58,824 nucleotides of DNA from Acidobacteriota bacterium (GTDB lineage Bacteria > Acidobacteriota > Thermoanaerobaculia > Gp7-AA8), in contig JAFATB010000001.1 of the NCBI GenBank assembly GCA_019244185.1, positions 1 through 58,824 of the forward strand, given 5' to 3'. Positions 1-10,432 of the stretch are shown in pieces. How positions within the stretch are numbered: the first letter of the stretch is position 1; every line of letters starts with the position of its first letter. The notes under the pieces are model-generated. The model was not told the origin of the DNA, made no database searches, and worked only from the letters and a program-made list of their open reading frames with translations. The position numbers and the translations under genes are program-made.

Positions 1-2415
1 CACATCCTTCGGCGCGGCGATCAGCACGACTTCGTCGCCGTTCATCGTGAACTCGATCCGCTCGGGCACCGTGTCCTTGTTGCGGATCATGAACTCGGAG
101 AGCTCGTCCTCGATGTAGCGCTGGATGGCGCGGCGGAGCGGGCGGGCGCCGGAGTTCGATTCCTCGCGCGCCTTGTTGAGCAGCCACGCCACGACCGACT
201 CGTCGACGCCGATCTGCACGTTCTTGTGCACGAGCGCGTGATTGACGTCGTCGATGAGCATCTGACAGATGGCCCGCAGTTCGGTGTCGGTGAGCGGGTT
301 GAAGATGATCACCTCGTCGATCCGGTTGATGAACTCGGGCGAGAACTCGCGCTTGAGCTCCGTATGAATGAGCAGCTCGGCCGACTTCTGATCGACCGCG
401 TCGCCCTTCTCGCGGAAGCCCATGTGTCCCTTGGTCGCGAGGTGCCGCGTGCCGAGGTTCGAGGTCATGATGATCAGCGTGTTGCGGAAGTCGACCTGAT
501 TCCCGAGCGAGTCCGTGAGGATGCCGTCCTCGAGGATCTGCAGGAGGATGTTGGCGATGTCGGGATGCGCTTTCTCGATCTCGTCGAGCAGCACGACGGA
601 GTACGGATTGCGCCGGACTCGCTCCGTCAACTGGCCGCCTTCCTCGTGGCCGACGTAGCCCGGAGGCGAGCCGATGAGCTTCGACACGGCGTGCTTCTCC
701 ATGTACTCCGACATGTCGAAGCGGATGAGGTGCTTCTGCGAGCCGAAGAGGAACTCCGCGAGCCGTCTTGCGACTTCGGTCTTTCCCACGCCGGACGAGC
801 CGAGGAAGATGAACGAGCCCATGGGGCGATTCGGTGAGGCGACGCCGAGGCGCGAACGGCGGATGGCGCGCGAGATCGCGCGGATCGCCTTGTCCTGACC
901 GACGATGCGCCGCATCAGGATCTCTTCCATGTTGATCAGCTTCGCCGCTTCGTCGGCTTCGATCGACGTCACCGGGATGTCGGTCCAGGAGCTGATGATC
1001 TCTTCGACGTCGCGCTGCGTGACTTCCATCAGCTCGTCGCCGACCATTTCGCGCTCGGCCTTGAAGCGCTCGATCTCTTCTTTCAATTCGATCTCGCGCT
1101 CGCGCAGGAAGACCGCTTTCTCGAAGTCTTTGTCCGAGATCGCTTTCTTCATCTCCTTGACGATCGAGCGCGTCTCCGCCTCGAGCCGCCGCAGGTTCTG
1201 CGTGTCGGCGACGCGGCGCAGCTTCACCTTCGCGCCGGCCTCGTCGAGGATGTCGATCGCCTTGTCGGGGAAGAAGCGGTCGGTGATGTAGCGGTTCGAC
1301 TGATAGACCGCGCTGCGGATGGCGGTGTCGCTGTACTTCACTTTGTGGAAGGCCTCGTAGCGTTCCTTCACGCCTTCTAGGATCTGCAGCGTCTCGTCTT
1401 CGGTCGGCGGATTGACGCTGATGGCCTGGAAGCGGCGCAGCAGCGAGCGATCCTTTTCGATGTAGCGGCGGTATTCGCGAATCGTCGTCGCGCCGATGCA
1501 GGAGATCTCGCCGCGTGAGAGCGCGGGCTTGAGGATGTTCGCCGCGTCCAGCGAGCCCTCGGCCGAGCCGGCGCCGATGAGCGAGTGGATCTCATCGATG
1601 AAGATGATGATGTCCTGATTCTCTTTGAGCTCTTTGATGATGCCTTTGAGGCGCTCTTCGAACTGGCCGCGGTACTTCGTGCCCGCGACGATGAGCGACA
1701 GATCGAGCGAGAGGATGCGCTTGTTGGCGATGAAGAGCGGCACGTTGCCGTCGACGATGCGCTGCGCGAGTCCTTCGACGATGGCGGTCTTGCCGACGCC
1801 CGGCTCGCCGAGCAGGATCGGATTGTTCTTCGTGCGGCGCGAGAGGATCTGGATGATGCGCTCGACTTCCTTCTCGCGGCCGATCAGCGGATCGAACTGC
1901 TGCTGATGGGCCATGGCCGTGAGGTCGCGCGCGTACTCCGCGAGGAACGGCAGCTCTTTCTTCTGCTTGTCGGCCTCGCGTTCTTTGAGGATGGAGATCG
2001 TCTCCTCGCGCACGCCGTACACGTTGAGGCCTTTGGCGGTGAGGATGCGCGCGGCGGTCGAGGACTCGACGCGCAGGATGCCGATCAGCAGATGCTCGGT
2101 GCCGACGTACTGGTGGAGCATCGACTCCGCCTCGTGCGCGGCGTAGGCGAGGATCTTTTTCGATTCTTCGGAGAGCGGCAATTCCGCGGAAGACGAGATG
2201 CGGTCGACGAACAGCCGGTCGCCTTCGACTTCGCGGCGGATCTGTTCGGGTTTGACGTTGAAGCGGGAGAAGATCTCTTTGATGATCTCCTCCCCCTCGC
2301 GAAGCACGCCGAGGAGGATGTGCTCGGACTCGATGACGCGCGAGCCGAGCTTGGACGCTTCGTAGCGGGCGAAGAAGAGGGCGCGGCGGGCTTTCTCGTT
2401 GTATTTCTCGAACAT
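1..2415 (-). CDS. clpC: ATP-dependent Clp protease ATP-binding subunit ClpC/ClpA (3' end runs off the window)
   Basis: Manual translation from ATG at 2415: MFEKYNEKARRALFFARYEA (Clp N domain), Walker A GEPGVGKT and [33 protein letters not shown]. Absent from the ORF track because no stop lies in the window. Confidence 0.95.
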   Translation of the reverse strand, partial: MFEKYNEKARRALFFARYEASKLGSRVIESEHILLGVLREGEEIIKEIFSRFNVKPEQIRREVEGDRLFVDRISSSAELPLSEESKKILAYAAHEAESMLHQYVGTEHLLIGILRVESSTAARILTAKGLNVYGVREETISILKEREADKQKKELPFLAEYARDLTAMAHQQQFDPLIGREKEVERIIQILSRRTKNNPILLGEPGVGKTAIVEGLAQRIVDGNVPLFIANKRILSLDLSLIVAGTKYRGQFEERLKGIIKELKENQDIIIFIDEIHSLIGAGSAEGSLDAANILKPALSRGEISCIGATTIREYRRYIEKDRSLLRRFQAISVNPPTEDETLQILEGVKERYEAFHKVKYSDTAIRSAVYQSNRYITDRFFPDKAIDILDEAGAKVKLRRVADTQNLRRLEAETRSIVKEMKKAISDKDFEKAVFLREREIELKEEIERFKAEREMVGDELMEVTQRDVEEIISSWTDIPVTSIEADEAAKLINMEEILMRRIVGQDKAIRAISRAIRRSRLGVASPNRPMGSFIFLGSSGVGKTEVARRLAEFLFGSQKHLIRFDMSEYMEKHAVSKLIGSPPGYVGHEEGGQLTERVRRNPYSVVLLDEIEKAHPDIANILLQILEDGILTDSLGNQVDFRNTLIIMTSNLGTRHLATKGHMGFREKGDAVDQKSAELLIHTELKREFSPEFINRIDEVIIFNPLTDTELRAICQMLIDDVNHALVHKNVQIGVDESVVAWLLNKAREESNSGARPLRRAIQRYIEDELSEFMIRNKDTVPERIEFTMNGDEVVLIAAPKDV

Positions 2416-2417
2416 GG

Positions 2418-3086
2418 TCAGTTGTATCGCTGCTGCTTCATTTCGAAGACGCGGTCACAGCGTGCTGCGAGCTCCGGATTGTGCGTGACGATGACGGAGG
2501 TGAGGCCGCGGTTGTCGTGGCACTCCCGCATCAGATCGAACACGCGCTCGCTGGTCTCGAGATCGAGATTTCCGGTCGGCTCGTCGGCGAGGAAGAGCAC
2601 CGGGTCGGCCAGGAGCGCTCGGGCGATGGCCACCCGCTGCTGTTCTCCGCCGGAAAGCTGGTTGGGAAAGTGACGACCTCTCTCGGCCAGGCCTAGCTCC
2701 GCGAGCAGTTCAGCCGCACGATCCAACGCTTCATCGCGTTTCGTTCTTCCGATCCATCCCGGCATGGCCACGTTCTCGAGCGCGCTGAACTCGGGAAGGA
2801 GATGGTGGAACTGAAAAACGAAGCCGACGTTGCGGTTGCGAAAGCGGGCGAGCTGATCGCCGCTCATGCCGGTGAGCTCGTGGTCATCCACGCTCACGCG
2901 TCCGGAGTCAGGCCGATCGAGTCCGCCGAGGAGGTGAAGGAGCGTGGACTTCCCGATGCCCGACGGTCCCACGATCGCGAGCATCTCGCCCTTCTGTACT
3001 TCGAGATCGAGTCCACTGAACACGATCACCGGCACCTCGGCGTTGCGATAGGTCTTCGAGAGCTGCTGCCCTGCGAGGAACGCCAT
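2418..3086 (-). CDS. lolD: ABC transporter ATP-binding protein, LolD family
   Basis: GPSGIGKST, VGFVFQFHHLLPEFSALENV, LSGGEQQRVAIARAL, ADEPTGNLD. Start set at ATG 3086, 7 nt after TATAAT. Confidence 0.88.
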   Translation of the reverse strand: MAFLAGQQLSKTYRNAEVPVIVFSGLDLEVQKGEMLAIVGPSGIGKSTLLHLLGGLDRPDSGRVSVDDHELTGMSGDQLARFRNRNVGFVFQFHHLLPEFSALENVAMPGWIGRTKRDEALDRAAELLAELGLAERGRHFPNQLSGGEQQRVAIARALLADPVLFLADEPTGNLDLETSERVFDLMRECHDNRGLTSVIVTHNPELAARCDRVFEMKQQRYN

Positions 3087-3093
3087 CGCCACG

Positions 3094-3099
3094 ATTATA
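3094..3099 (-). promoter_or_regulatory. sigma70 -10 box (TATAAT) of probable leaderless lolD transcript
   Basis: Perfect TATAAT 7 nt upstream of the ATG, no Shine-Dalgarno. Confidence 0.6.
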
Positions 3100-3221
3100 A
3101 GCACGCGGCGTGCTCAACCTCGGCATTGACATTCAGGCACTTCCGGCGTTCCGCGCGCGCTACAATCCCCGCCGCCAACGTCCAACTCGGGGGAGTACCA
3201 AAAAAATCTGTGGAGGTCTGC

Positions 3222-6197
3222 ATGTCGATGCCACGGCGTATCGCACTCCTGGTCCTCGTCTCGCTCACCCTTGCCTCGGTTGCCCTGGCCCAAAGCACGA
3301 CCGGCTCGCTCGTCGGCACCGTCACGAGCGACGGCAACCCGTTACCCGGTGTCACAGTCACGGCGTCCTCGCCCTCGATGCAGGGCACGCGCACCGCAAC
3401 CACCGGCGACGCCGGCGGCTACTCGTTCCCCGCGCTGCCTCCCGGCCTGTACACGCTGTCGTTCGAATTGAGCGGCATGCAGCGGGTCGAGAAGCGCGTC
3501 ACCATCGCCGTCTCGCAGGCGAGCCGCGCCGACGTCGCGCTCAACGTCGCCAGCGTCTCGGAGACGCTCACCGTCACCTCCGCCGCGCCGCCCGCGGTCG
3601 AGACGACGGAAGTGGCCGCGAACTTCACCACGCAGCAGATCAACGAGCTCCCCATCGGCCGCACCATCGACGACATCACGCGCCTCGCGCCCGGCGTGAA
3701 TGAAGCGGGGCCGAACAATCAGATCGTCATCTCCGGCGCGAACTCGTACGACAACCTCTTTCTCGTCGACGGCGTGATCGTGAACGAGAACCTGCGCGGG
3801 CAACCGAATCCGCTCTACATCGAAGACGCGATTCAGGAGACGACCGTGCTCACCGGCGGCATCTCCGCGGAGTTCGGCCGCTTCACCGGCGGCGTGGTCA
3901 GCTCGATCACGAAGTCGGGCGGCAACGACTTCTCCGGCTCGATCCGCGACTCGCTCACGAATCCGAGCTGGTCGGACAAGACGGGATACGCCGCGCAGAC
4001 GGATCCCATCGATGATCTCAACAGCTCGTATGAAGGCACCTTCGGCGGCCGCATCATCCGCGACCGTCTGTGGTTCTTCACGGCGGGCCGCTACACGAAG
4101 TCCGATCTCTCGCGGCAGACCACGCTGACGAACCTGCCGTACGTCTTCGGCACGAAGGACACGCGCTTCGAGGCGAAGTTCACGTCACAGATCACCGACC
4201 GCAACTCGCTCGTCGCGACGTACATCAACAGCAAGGAACAGCGCTCCAACAACGTGAGCGGCGGCAGCGTCGTCGACCTGGCCAGCCTCGCGCCGTACAA
4301 CCGCCCGCGCACGCTGCTCTCGCTCGACTACAACGGCGTGCTCACGGACCGCTTCCTGCTCGAAGGGCAGTACAGCCGGATGAACGACAAGTTCACCAAC
4401 GGCGCGGAGACGCGCGATCTCATCAACGGCACGCTGCTCATCGACGACGACGCCGGCGTGCGCGGGTGGTCGCCGACGTTCTGCGGCTCGCCGTGTCCGG
4501 CGAAAGAGCGCAACAACAACAGCTGGCTGGCGAAGGGCTCGTACTTCCTCAGCACGAAGTCGGCGGGCAACCACGCGCTCGTCGCCGGCGTCGAGGAGTT
4601 CCACCAGCTCCGCAACGAAAACAACTTCCAGTCGGGAAGCGACTTCCGCATCCACGGCAACTTCATCTTCGTCAACGGGCAGGAGTTCTTCACCGTCGAT
4701 CCCGATTTCTCGCAGATCGAATGGGACCCCGTGCCGGCGCTGTCGCAGACCTCGGACTTCGCGGTGCGTTCCGTCTACGTGAACGATCGCTGGGATCTCA
4801 ACGCACACTGGAACTTCAACGCCGGCGTGCGCTACGACAAAGACTTCGGCCAGGACCAGGCCGGAAACAAGACCGTCGACGACTCCGCGTTCAGCCCGCG
4901 CCTCGCGGCGAACTACGACATCGCCGGCAACGGGCATCACCGCTTCAGCGCGACCTACGGCAAGTACGTCTCGAAGGTCGATCAGGGTCCCGCCGACAAC
5001 ACGTCCACCGCGGGGCGCTACGCGTCGTACTACTTCAACTACGGCGGCCCGGTGATCAACGGCCCCGACACGCCGGTCAGCCAGTACGTGCCGATCCCGG
5101 CGCTGATTCAGCAGGTCTTCGCGTGGTTCCAGGGCGCGGGCGGCACGAGCAACGCGGACCTGCTCGCCGACACGCCGAACATCCCCGGCACGACGCTGCG
5201 CTTCGATCACACGCTGCGCGCGCCGAGCATGACCGAGATCACCCTCGGCTACGCGATGCAGTTCGCGACGAACGGCTACATCCGCGTCGATGCGATTCAT
5301 CGCAACTGGAAGGACTTCTACGTCGTGCGCCGCACGCTCGAAACGGGCACCGCGCTCAGCCCGAGCGGCGACGAGTTCGATCAGGGCGTGATCGAGAACG
5401 CGAGCAGCGGGCTCTCGCGCAAGTACGAGGGACTGCAGCTGCAGGGCAGCTATCGCTTCCGCCCCGCGCTCACGTTCGGCGGCAACTACACGTACGGCAA
5501 GCTGCGCGGCAACGTGGAAGGTGAGTCGGCGAGCTTCGCCACGACGTTCACCGACTTCCACAACTATCCCGAGTACGAGGACTTCGCGCAGAACAAGCCG
5601 GTCGGCTATCTCGGCGCCGACATGCGCCACCGCGCGAACCTCTGGCTCGGCTACGACCTCAATACCGGCTTCGGCCGCTTCAATCTCTCGCTGCTCGAGC
5701 GCTATCACTCCGCGCTGTCGTATTCCGAGTCGGCGACGATCGACGTGCGCGCCGGCGCGGCGAACGGCCCCGCGAACGGCATCGTCAACCCCGGCTATCA
5801 GACGCCGCCGTCGCAGGTAACGTACTTCTTCAGCGATCGCGGCGCCTTCCGGCTCGACGACATCACCGCCACCGATCTCGGCATCAACTACTACCTGCCG
5901 GTTCTGCACGGCGCGCAGCTCTTCGTCGAAGGCGACATCCTCAATCTCTGGAACGAGCAGGGACTCGAGGATCCCGACTTCGTCAACACGACCATCCTCA
6001 CGCGCCGCAACAACTCGGCGAGCGGCCGCTGCCTGCAGACGAACACCACGAACCGCTGCCTCGCCTTCAACCCGTTCACCGACACGCCGGTGGAAGGCGT
6101 GAACTTCCAGAAGGGACCGATCTTCGGTCAGCCGACCTCGTCGAACGCGTACCAGACGCCGCGCACGTATCGCGTGTCGGTGGGCGTGAAGTTCTAG
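3222..6197 (+). CDS. Oar-like TonB-dependent outer-membrane receptor with N-terminal carboxypeptidase-regulatory-like domain
   Basis: GGAGG SD then ATG 3222; signal peptide ending ALA; GSLVGTVTSDGNPLPGVTVT; plug motif AEFGRFTGGVVSSITKSGGN; C-terminal VSVGVKF. Confidence 0.92.
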   Translation: MSMPRRIALLVLVSLTLASVALAQSTTGSLVGTVTSDGNPLPGVTVTASSPSMQGTRTATTGDAGGYSFPALPPGLYTLSFELSGMQRVEKRVTIAVSQASRADVALNVASVSETLTVTSAAPPAVETTEVAANFTTQQINELPIGRTIDDITRLAPGVNEAGPNNQIVISGANSYDNLFLVDGVIVNENLRGQPNPLYIEDAIQETTVLTGGISAEFGRFTGGVVSSITKSGGNDFSGSIRDSLTNPSWSDKTGYAAQTDPIDDLNSSYEGTFGGRIIRDRLWFFTAGRYTKSDLSRQTTLTNLPYVFGTKDTRFEAKFTSQITDRNSLVATYINSKEQRSNNVSGGSVVDLASLAPYNRPRTLLSLDYNGVLTDRFLLEGQYSRMNDKFTNGAETRDLINGTLLIDDDAGVRGWSPTFCGSPCPAKERNNNSWLAKGSYFLSTKSAGNHALVAGVEEFHQLRNENNFQSGSDFRIHGNFIFVNGQEFFTVDPDFSQIEWDPVPALSQTSDFAVRSVYVNDRWDLNAHWNFNAGVRYDKDFGQDQAGNKTVDDSAFSPRLAANYDIAGNGHHRFSATYGKYVSKVDQGPADNTSTAGRYASYYFNYGGPVINGPDTPVSQYVPIPALIQQVFAWFQGAGGTSNADLLADTPNIPGTTLRFDHTLRAPSMTEITLGYAMQFATNGYIRVDAIHRNWKDFYVVRRTLETGTALSPSGDEFDQGVIENASSGLSRKYEGLQLQGSYRFRPALTFGGNYTYGKLRGNVEGESASFATTFTDFHNYPEYEDFAQNKPVGYLGADMRHRANLWLGYDLNTGFGRFNLSLLERYHSALSYSESATIDVRAGAANGPANGIVNPGYQTPPSQVTYFFSDRGAFRLDDITATDLGINYYLPVLHGAQLFVEGDILNLWNEQGLEDPDFVNTTILTRRNNSASGRCLQTNTTNRCLAFNPFTDTPVEGVNFQKGPIFGQPTSSNAYQTPRTYRVSVGVKF

Positions 6198-6234
6198 AGA
6201 TCATCAAGTTCTAGATCGTCAACTCGTTGACTTT

Positions 6235-8280
6235 CTACGGCGCGGCGCGCGAACTCCAGCGCGCCGCGCCTTTTTTGTCGCCCCACGCGTCGAGCGTCTT
6301 CGCCGCGAGCATGTACGCGCCGCGATGCGGATTCGCGCGCGCCATGCGCTCCAGCGTGCGATCCGCGTCGGCGCGCTTTCCTTCGATGAGCTGAATCAGG
6401 GCGAGGTTCGCGTACGACTGCAAGTGATCGGGTGAGGCCGCGATCTCGCGCTCGTACGCGGCCGCCGCTTCGTCGGGACGATCGAGCCGCGCGAGGAGAT
6501 CGCCGCGCAGATAGTCGGCGCCGTAGAGATGCCGCACCTCGAGATCGTTCGCGCGGCGCGCGGCCTCGTCGACGGTCTGCAGCGCTTCCTGAAGGCGCCC
6601 CGCGCCGCGCTCGACTTCCGCCAGCAACAGGATCGATGACGGCTGCCGGTCGCCCGCATCGATCGCGGCGCGCGCGTGCTGTTCCGCCTCGCCCACGCGT
6701 CCTTGCGCGAGCGCGGCGCGCGCGAGGAGCTCGTGCGCCTCGCGCGGATTCGACGCGAGCGCGAGCTGCGCGTGCGTCGCCGCATCCGCGGGCTTCCCTG
6801 CTTCCAGCAGTGCGAAGCCGAGGCCGAGGGCAAGATCGGGCGAGAAACGTTCGGTCCGCGCGATCGCGGACTGATACGCGGCGATCGCCTCGTGGTAGCG
6901 GCCGGTCGCGACGAGGAGCTCGCCGAGCTTCGACCACGCGTCGGAGAGACGCGGGTTCTTCGCGAGGAGCGCGCGCAACGCGGCGATCGCGGCGTCGTCG
7001 CGATGCTGTTCCGCGAGCGCAAACGCCGACTTGATCTCCGCGATCGAGCCGATTTCGTCGCGCGGATTCGGCAGCGGACCGCTGCGGTTCTTCGCGGAGC
7101 CAAGGTAGCCGAGGGCGGCGAGCTTCGACGCTTCCTCCGGATCGATCGCGCCGATGTCTTCGATCTTCGACGGGAACTTCGCCAGCTCCGCGCGCAGCGA
7201 CGCGGCGACGCGGCGATCGCTCGCGACGAGATCGCGCGTTTCGGCGCGGTCGGCCACGACGTCGTAGAGCTCGGGACGCGGGCCGTCGATGTAGTGGTGC
7301 CGATCCGAGATCAACGAACGCAGCTCGTTCCAGCCGAGGTGAATGCGCGGATAGAGCGTTTCGGAGTAGATCGGCGCGGACGGCGCGTCGCGGAGCAACG
7401 AACGCTCGCTCGACTCGATGCCGAGCGTATCGAGCACCGTGGCGAAGACGGCGTCGAGCGGCACCGGACGCGCGACGCTCGCCGCCTTGCGCGCGGACCG
7501 CGGAAGCTTGATCAGCAGCGGAACCTGCAGCGCCTCGCGATAAAGAAGAATCCCGTGCTGATCCTCGCCGTGATTCCAGAGTCCCTCGCCGTGATCGGAC
7601 AGAAACACGATCAGCGCGCGGTCGTAGACGCCGTCGCGTTTCAGACGGTCAAGCAGTTGACCAACGATCGCGTCCGACTTTGCGATCTCGCCGTCGTACG
7701 ACGGCTCGTACGACGCGTGCGGCTCGTAGATGTGAAAGAACAGGAAGAACGGCTGCGACTCGTTCGCGCCTAGCCACGACTCGGCCGCGTTCAGCGTCTC
7801 GTAGCCCGAGCGCTGATGCTCGCTCAGCGCGCCCGCCGCCGCGACCGGGATGGCGTCGTCGTAGAAGTCGAAGCCGTCGTCCGCGCCGGTCTCGGAGCGC
7901 AGCACGTACGAAGACACGGCCGCGCCGGTGCGGTAGCCGCGTCCGCGCAGCACCTCGGCCAGCGTGCGAAACTTCGCGCGGTCGAAGCGATAGCCGATGT
8001 TGTTGCGCACGCCGTGCTCGGTCGGCAGCAGTCCGGTGAAGATCGACAGATGCGACGGCAGCGTCATCGGGCAGTGGCTGTACGCGCGCTCGAAGAGGAC
8101 CGCGTCGCGGCGCAGCGCGTCGAGATGCGGCGTCTCGACACCGCGGTAGCCGTACATCGGCAGGTGATCGCTGCGCAGCGTGTCGACGCTGATCAGGATG
8201 ACCGGCGCGTTCTCGAAATGCGCCTCGCGCCGCGCACACGCGGCGCAGAACAGCAGCACGAGGATCGCGAGGCGGCGCAC
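6235..8280 (-). CDS. Sulfatase-like (alkaline phosphatase superfamily) hydrolase/transferase with C-terminal TPR repeats, probable lipoprotein
   Basis: ILISVDTLRSDHL, TLPSH, FFHIYEPH, SDHGE motifs; helical TPR-like C-terminal half; lipobox-like CAAC. Confidence 0.88.
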   Translation of the reverse strand: MRRLAILVLLFCAACARREAHFENAPVILISVDTLRSDHLPMYGYRGVETPHLDALRRDAVLFERAYSHCPMTLPSHLSIFTGLLPTEHGVRNNIGYRFDRAKFRTLAEVLRGRGYRTGAAVSSYVLRSETGADDGFDFYDDAIPVAAAGALSEHQRSGYETLNAAESWLGANESQPFFLFFHIYEPHASYEPSYDGEIAKSDAIVGQLLDRLKRDGVYDRALIVFLSDHGEGLWNHGEDQHGILLYREALQVPLLIKLPRSARKAASVARPVPLDAVFATVLDTLGIESSERSLLRDAPSAPIYSETLYPRIHLGWNELRSLISDRHHYIDGPRPELYDVVADRAETRDLVASDRRVAASLRAELAKFPSKIEDIGAIDPEEASKLAALGYLGSAKNRSGPLPNPRDEIGSIAEIKSAFALAEQHRDDAAIAALRALLAKNPRLSDAWSKLGELLVATGRYHEAIAAYQSAIARTERFSPDLALGLGFALLEAGKPADAATHAQLALASNPREAHELLARAALAQGRVGEAEQHARAAIDAGDRQPSSILLLAEVERGAGRLQEALQTVDEAARRANDLEVRHLYGADYLRGDLLARLDRPDEAAAAYEREIAASPDHLQSYANLALIQLIEGKRADADRTLERMARANPHRGAYMLAAKTLDAWGDKKGAARWSSRAAP

Positions 8281-8287
8281 GCCGTAA

Positions 8288-8800
8288 TCATCGCATCTGA
8301 TTCATTCGCTTCTTCAGCGCCGCGACCGAACGCGCGTCGAGTGCGACGTGGATCGCTTCCCACGCGGGCCCTTTCTTCTCCAGCAGCCCGACCGACACCG
8401 GCAGATCGAAGCGCCGCGGCCCCGCGCTCGCGGGATTGAAGTAGCGCACGCCGTCGACGACTTCGTTGTGCGGCAGATGACTGTGGCCGTACACGACGAC
8501 GTCCGCCGGCTCGCGCGAGAGCGACTCGACGACGCGCGCCGCCGGCTTGTGCGGCCGCGGCAGGATGTGCGTCAGCAGGATGCGCAGGCCGCCGAGCGTG
8601 ATGCGCGCGATCTCTTCGCCGGTCGCGTCGTCGTTGTTGCCGTCGACGAACGTCAGCGGCGCGAGCGCGCGCAGCGCGTCGAGCACGTGCGCGCCGCCGA
8701 TGTCGCCGGCGTGCACGATGGCATCGACGTTCGCGAAGATCTCCGCGACTTCCGGCCGCACGAGACCGTGCGTATCCGCGATCACACCGATGCGCTTCAT
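8288..8800 (-). CDS. Metallophosphoesterase, YfcE/MJ0936 family
   Basis: MKRIGVIADTHG, HAGD, GNND, THI, GHSH, NPAS motifs; real start at ATG 8800 inside the longer track ORF. Confidence 0.9.
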   Translation of the reverse strand: MKRIGVIADTHGLVRPEVAEIFANVDAIVHAGDIGGAHVLDALRALAPLTFVDGNNDDATGEEIARITLGGLRILLTHILPRPHKPAARVVESLSREPADVVVYGHSHLPHNEVVDGVRYFNPASAGPRRFDLPVSVGLLEKKGPAWEAIHVALDARSVAALKKRMNQMR

Positions 8801-8845
8801 GCCGATCTCGTCTGGCGCAAAATCCGCACCGCCTCGATTCCGCTG

Positions 8846-9112
8846 ATGTCCGACGAACCGCGCACGACCTTCGAGCAGCTGAGCGCCGAATACGCGCAGG
8901 CGCAGGAAGCGCTCGCCGCCATCGAGAAGCAGGCGCCCACGCTCCTCATCCTCGGCGGCGCGGACGATCTGCGCCAGTTCATCGCGCAGTTCATGGAGAT
9001 GGCCGAGCGCGTGCGCGGCGTGGCCGCCGACAAGCACGAGCAGAATTTCGTGGAGTGGTTCGACGAGCTGATCGCGCGCGCCGAGCGGCTGCGCGACGCG
9101 GTGCCGCGCTAA
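8846..9112 (+). CDS. Small helical hypothetical protein (88 aa)
   Basis: MSDEPRTTFEQLSAEYAQAQ...; typical high-GC3 codon usage; fills the gap between the phosphoesterase and M20 genes. Confidence 0.7.
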   Translation: MSDEPRTTFEQLSAEYAQAQEALAAIEKQAPTLLILGGADDLRQFIAQFMEMAERVRGVAADKHEQNFVEWFDELIARAERLRDAVPR

Positions 9113-9123
9113 ACTGCGCGGCC

Positions 9124-10422
9124 ATGCCGCGCCTCTTCGCACTGCTCGCCCTCCTGGAGGTTTCGATGACCGCCTTCGCCGCCACGCCCGCGCTCGACGC
9201 GCGCATCGACGACGCCGCCAAACGCGTCGAATCGTCCGTGATCGCCTGCCGCCGCGACATCCACGAGCATCCCGAGCTCGGCAACCGCGAGGTGCGCACG
9301 TCGAAGCTCGTGGCCGACAAACTGCGCGCGCTCGGCATCGACGTGCAGACCGGCGTCGCGCACACCGGCGTCGTCGGCATCCTGCACGGCGGCAGACCGG
9401 GACGCGTCGTCGCGCTGCGCGCCGACATGGACGCGCTGCCCGTCGTCGAACAGGTCGACCTGCCATTCGCGTCGAAAGTGCGCACGACCTACAACGGCCA
9501 GGACGTCGGCGTGATGCACGCCTGCGGACACGACGCACACGTGGCGATTCTCCTCGGCGTCGCGGAAGTGCTCGCCGGCGTGAAGAACGAGCTCCCCGGC
9601 ACCGTGAAGTTTCTCTTCCAGCCCGCCGAGGAAGGCGCGCCGGCGGGAGAAGAAGGCGGCGCGGAGCTGATGGTGAAGGAAGGCGCGCTGCAGAATCCAA
9701 AGGTCGACGCGGTGTACGGGCTGCACGTGACGTCACGCTATCCGGTCGGCGAGATCGCGTATCGCCCCGAGGGGATGATGGCGGCGGTCGACTCGTTCAA
9801 GATCGTCGTGCACGGCAAGCAGACGCACGGCGCGTATCCGTGGCTCGGCGTCGATCCGATCGTGATCGCCTCGCAGATCGTCCTCGGATTGCAGACCATT
9901 CCCAGCCGCCAGATGGACTCCACGCTCGCGCCGTCGGTGGTCACGGTCGGCGCGATTCACGGCGGCGTGCGCAACAACATCATTCCCGATTCCGTCGAGA
10001 TGATCGGCACCATCCGCTCGCTCGACGCGAAGATGCGCGAGGAGCTGCACGCGCGCATCAAACGCACCGCGGAGTCGATCGCCGCGAGCGGCGGCGCGAC
10101 CGCCGACGTCTCGATCGAGACCGGCTACCCGATCACGTACAACGATCCCGCGCTGACCGAGAAGAGCGCGCCGACGTTGCGCCGCGTGGCCGGCAACGCG
10201 AACGTGCAGGTCGTCAACGCCACCCTCGGCGCCGAAGACTTTTCGTTCTTCCAGAAGAACGTGCCGGGACTCTTCTTCTGGCTCGGCACGCGTCCGAAAA
10301 ACCAAACGGCGGAGCAGGCCGCGTCGAATCACTCGCCGCTCTTCTATGTCGACGAGAGCGGCCTCGAGCTCGGCGTGCGCGCGCTGTCGCACCTCGCGGT
10401 CGACTACTTGAGCGCGCATTGA
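9124..10422 (+). CDS. Secreted M20D family amidohydrolase
   Basis: Signal peptide; HEHPELG, LRADMDALP, MHACGHDAH, FQPAEEG, AEDF, NHSP motifs. Confidence 0.93.
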   Translation: MPRLFALLALLEVSMTAFAATPALDARIDDAAKRVESSVIACRRDIHEHPELGNREVRTSKLVADKLRALGIDVQTGVAHTGVVGILHGGRPGRVVALRADMDALPVVEQVDLPFASKVRTTYNGQDVGVMHACGHDAHVAILLGVAEVLAGVKNELPGTVKFLFQPAEEGAPAGEEGGAELMVKEGALQNPKVDAVYGLHVTSRYPVGEIAYRPEGMMAAVDSFKIVVHGKQTHGAYPWLGVDPIVIASQIVLGLQTIPSRQMDSTLAPSVVTVGAIHGGVRNNIIPDSVEMIGTIRSLDAKMREELHARIKRTAESIAASGGATADVSIETGYPITYNDPALTEKSAPTLRRVAGNANVQVVNATLGAEDFSFFQKNVPGLFFWLGTRPKNQTAEQAASNHSPLFYVDESGLELGVRALSHLAVDYLSAH

Positions 10423-10432
10423 AGATGCGCGC

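Noticed and set aside
226-2673. Long + strand ORFs (203 aa, 362 aa and others)
   Set aside because: Antisense shadows of clpC/lolD. The same applies to most overlapping Arg/Ala-rich ORFs in the track, a known high-GC artefact.
9124-10422. DapE completing the succinylase pathway
   Set aside because: M20D-type motifs (MHACGHD) and a signal peptide; not DapE-like and not in the dap operon.
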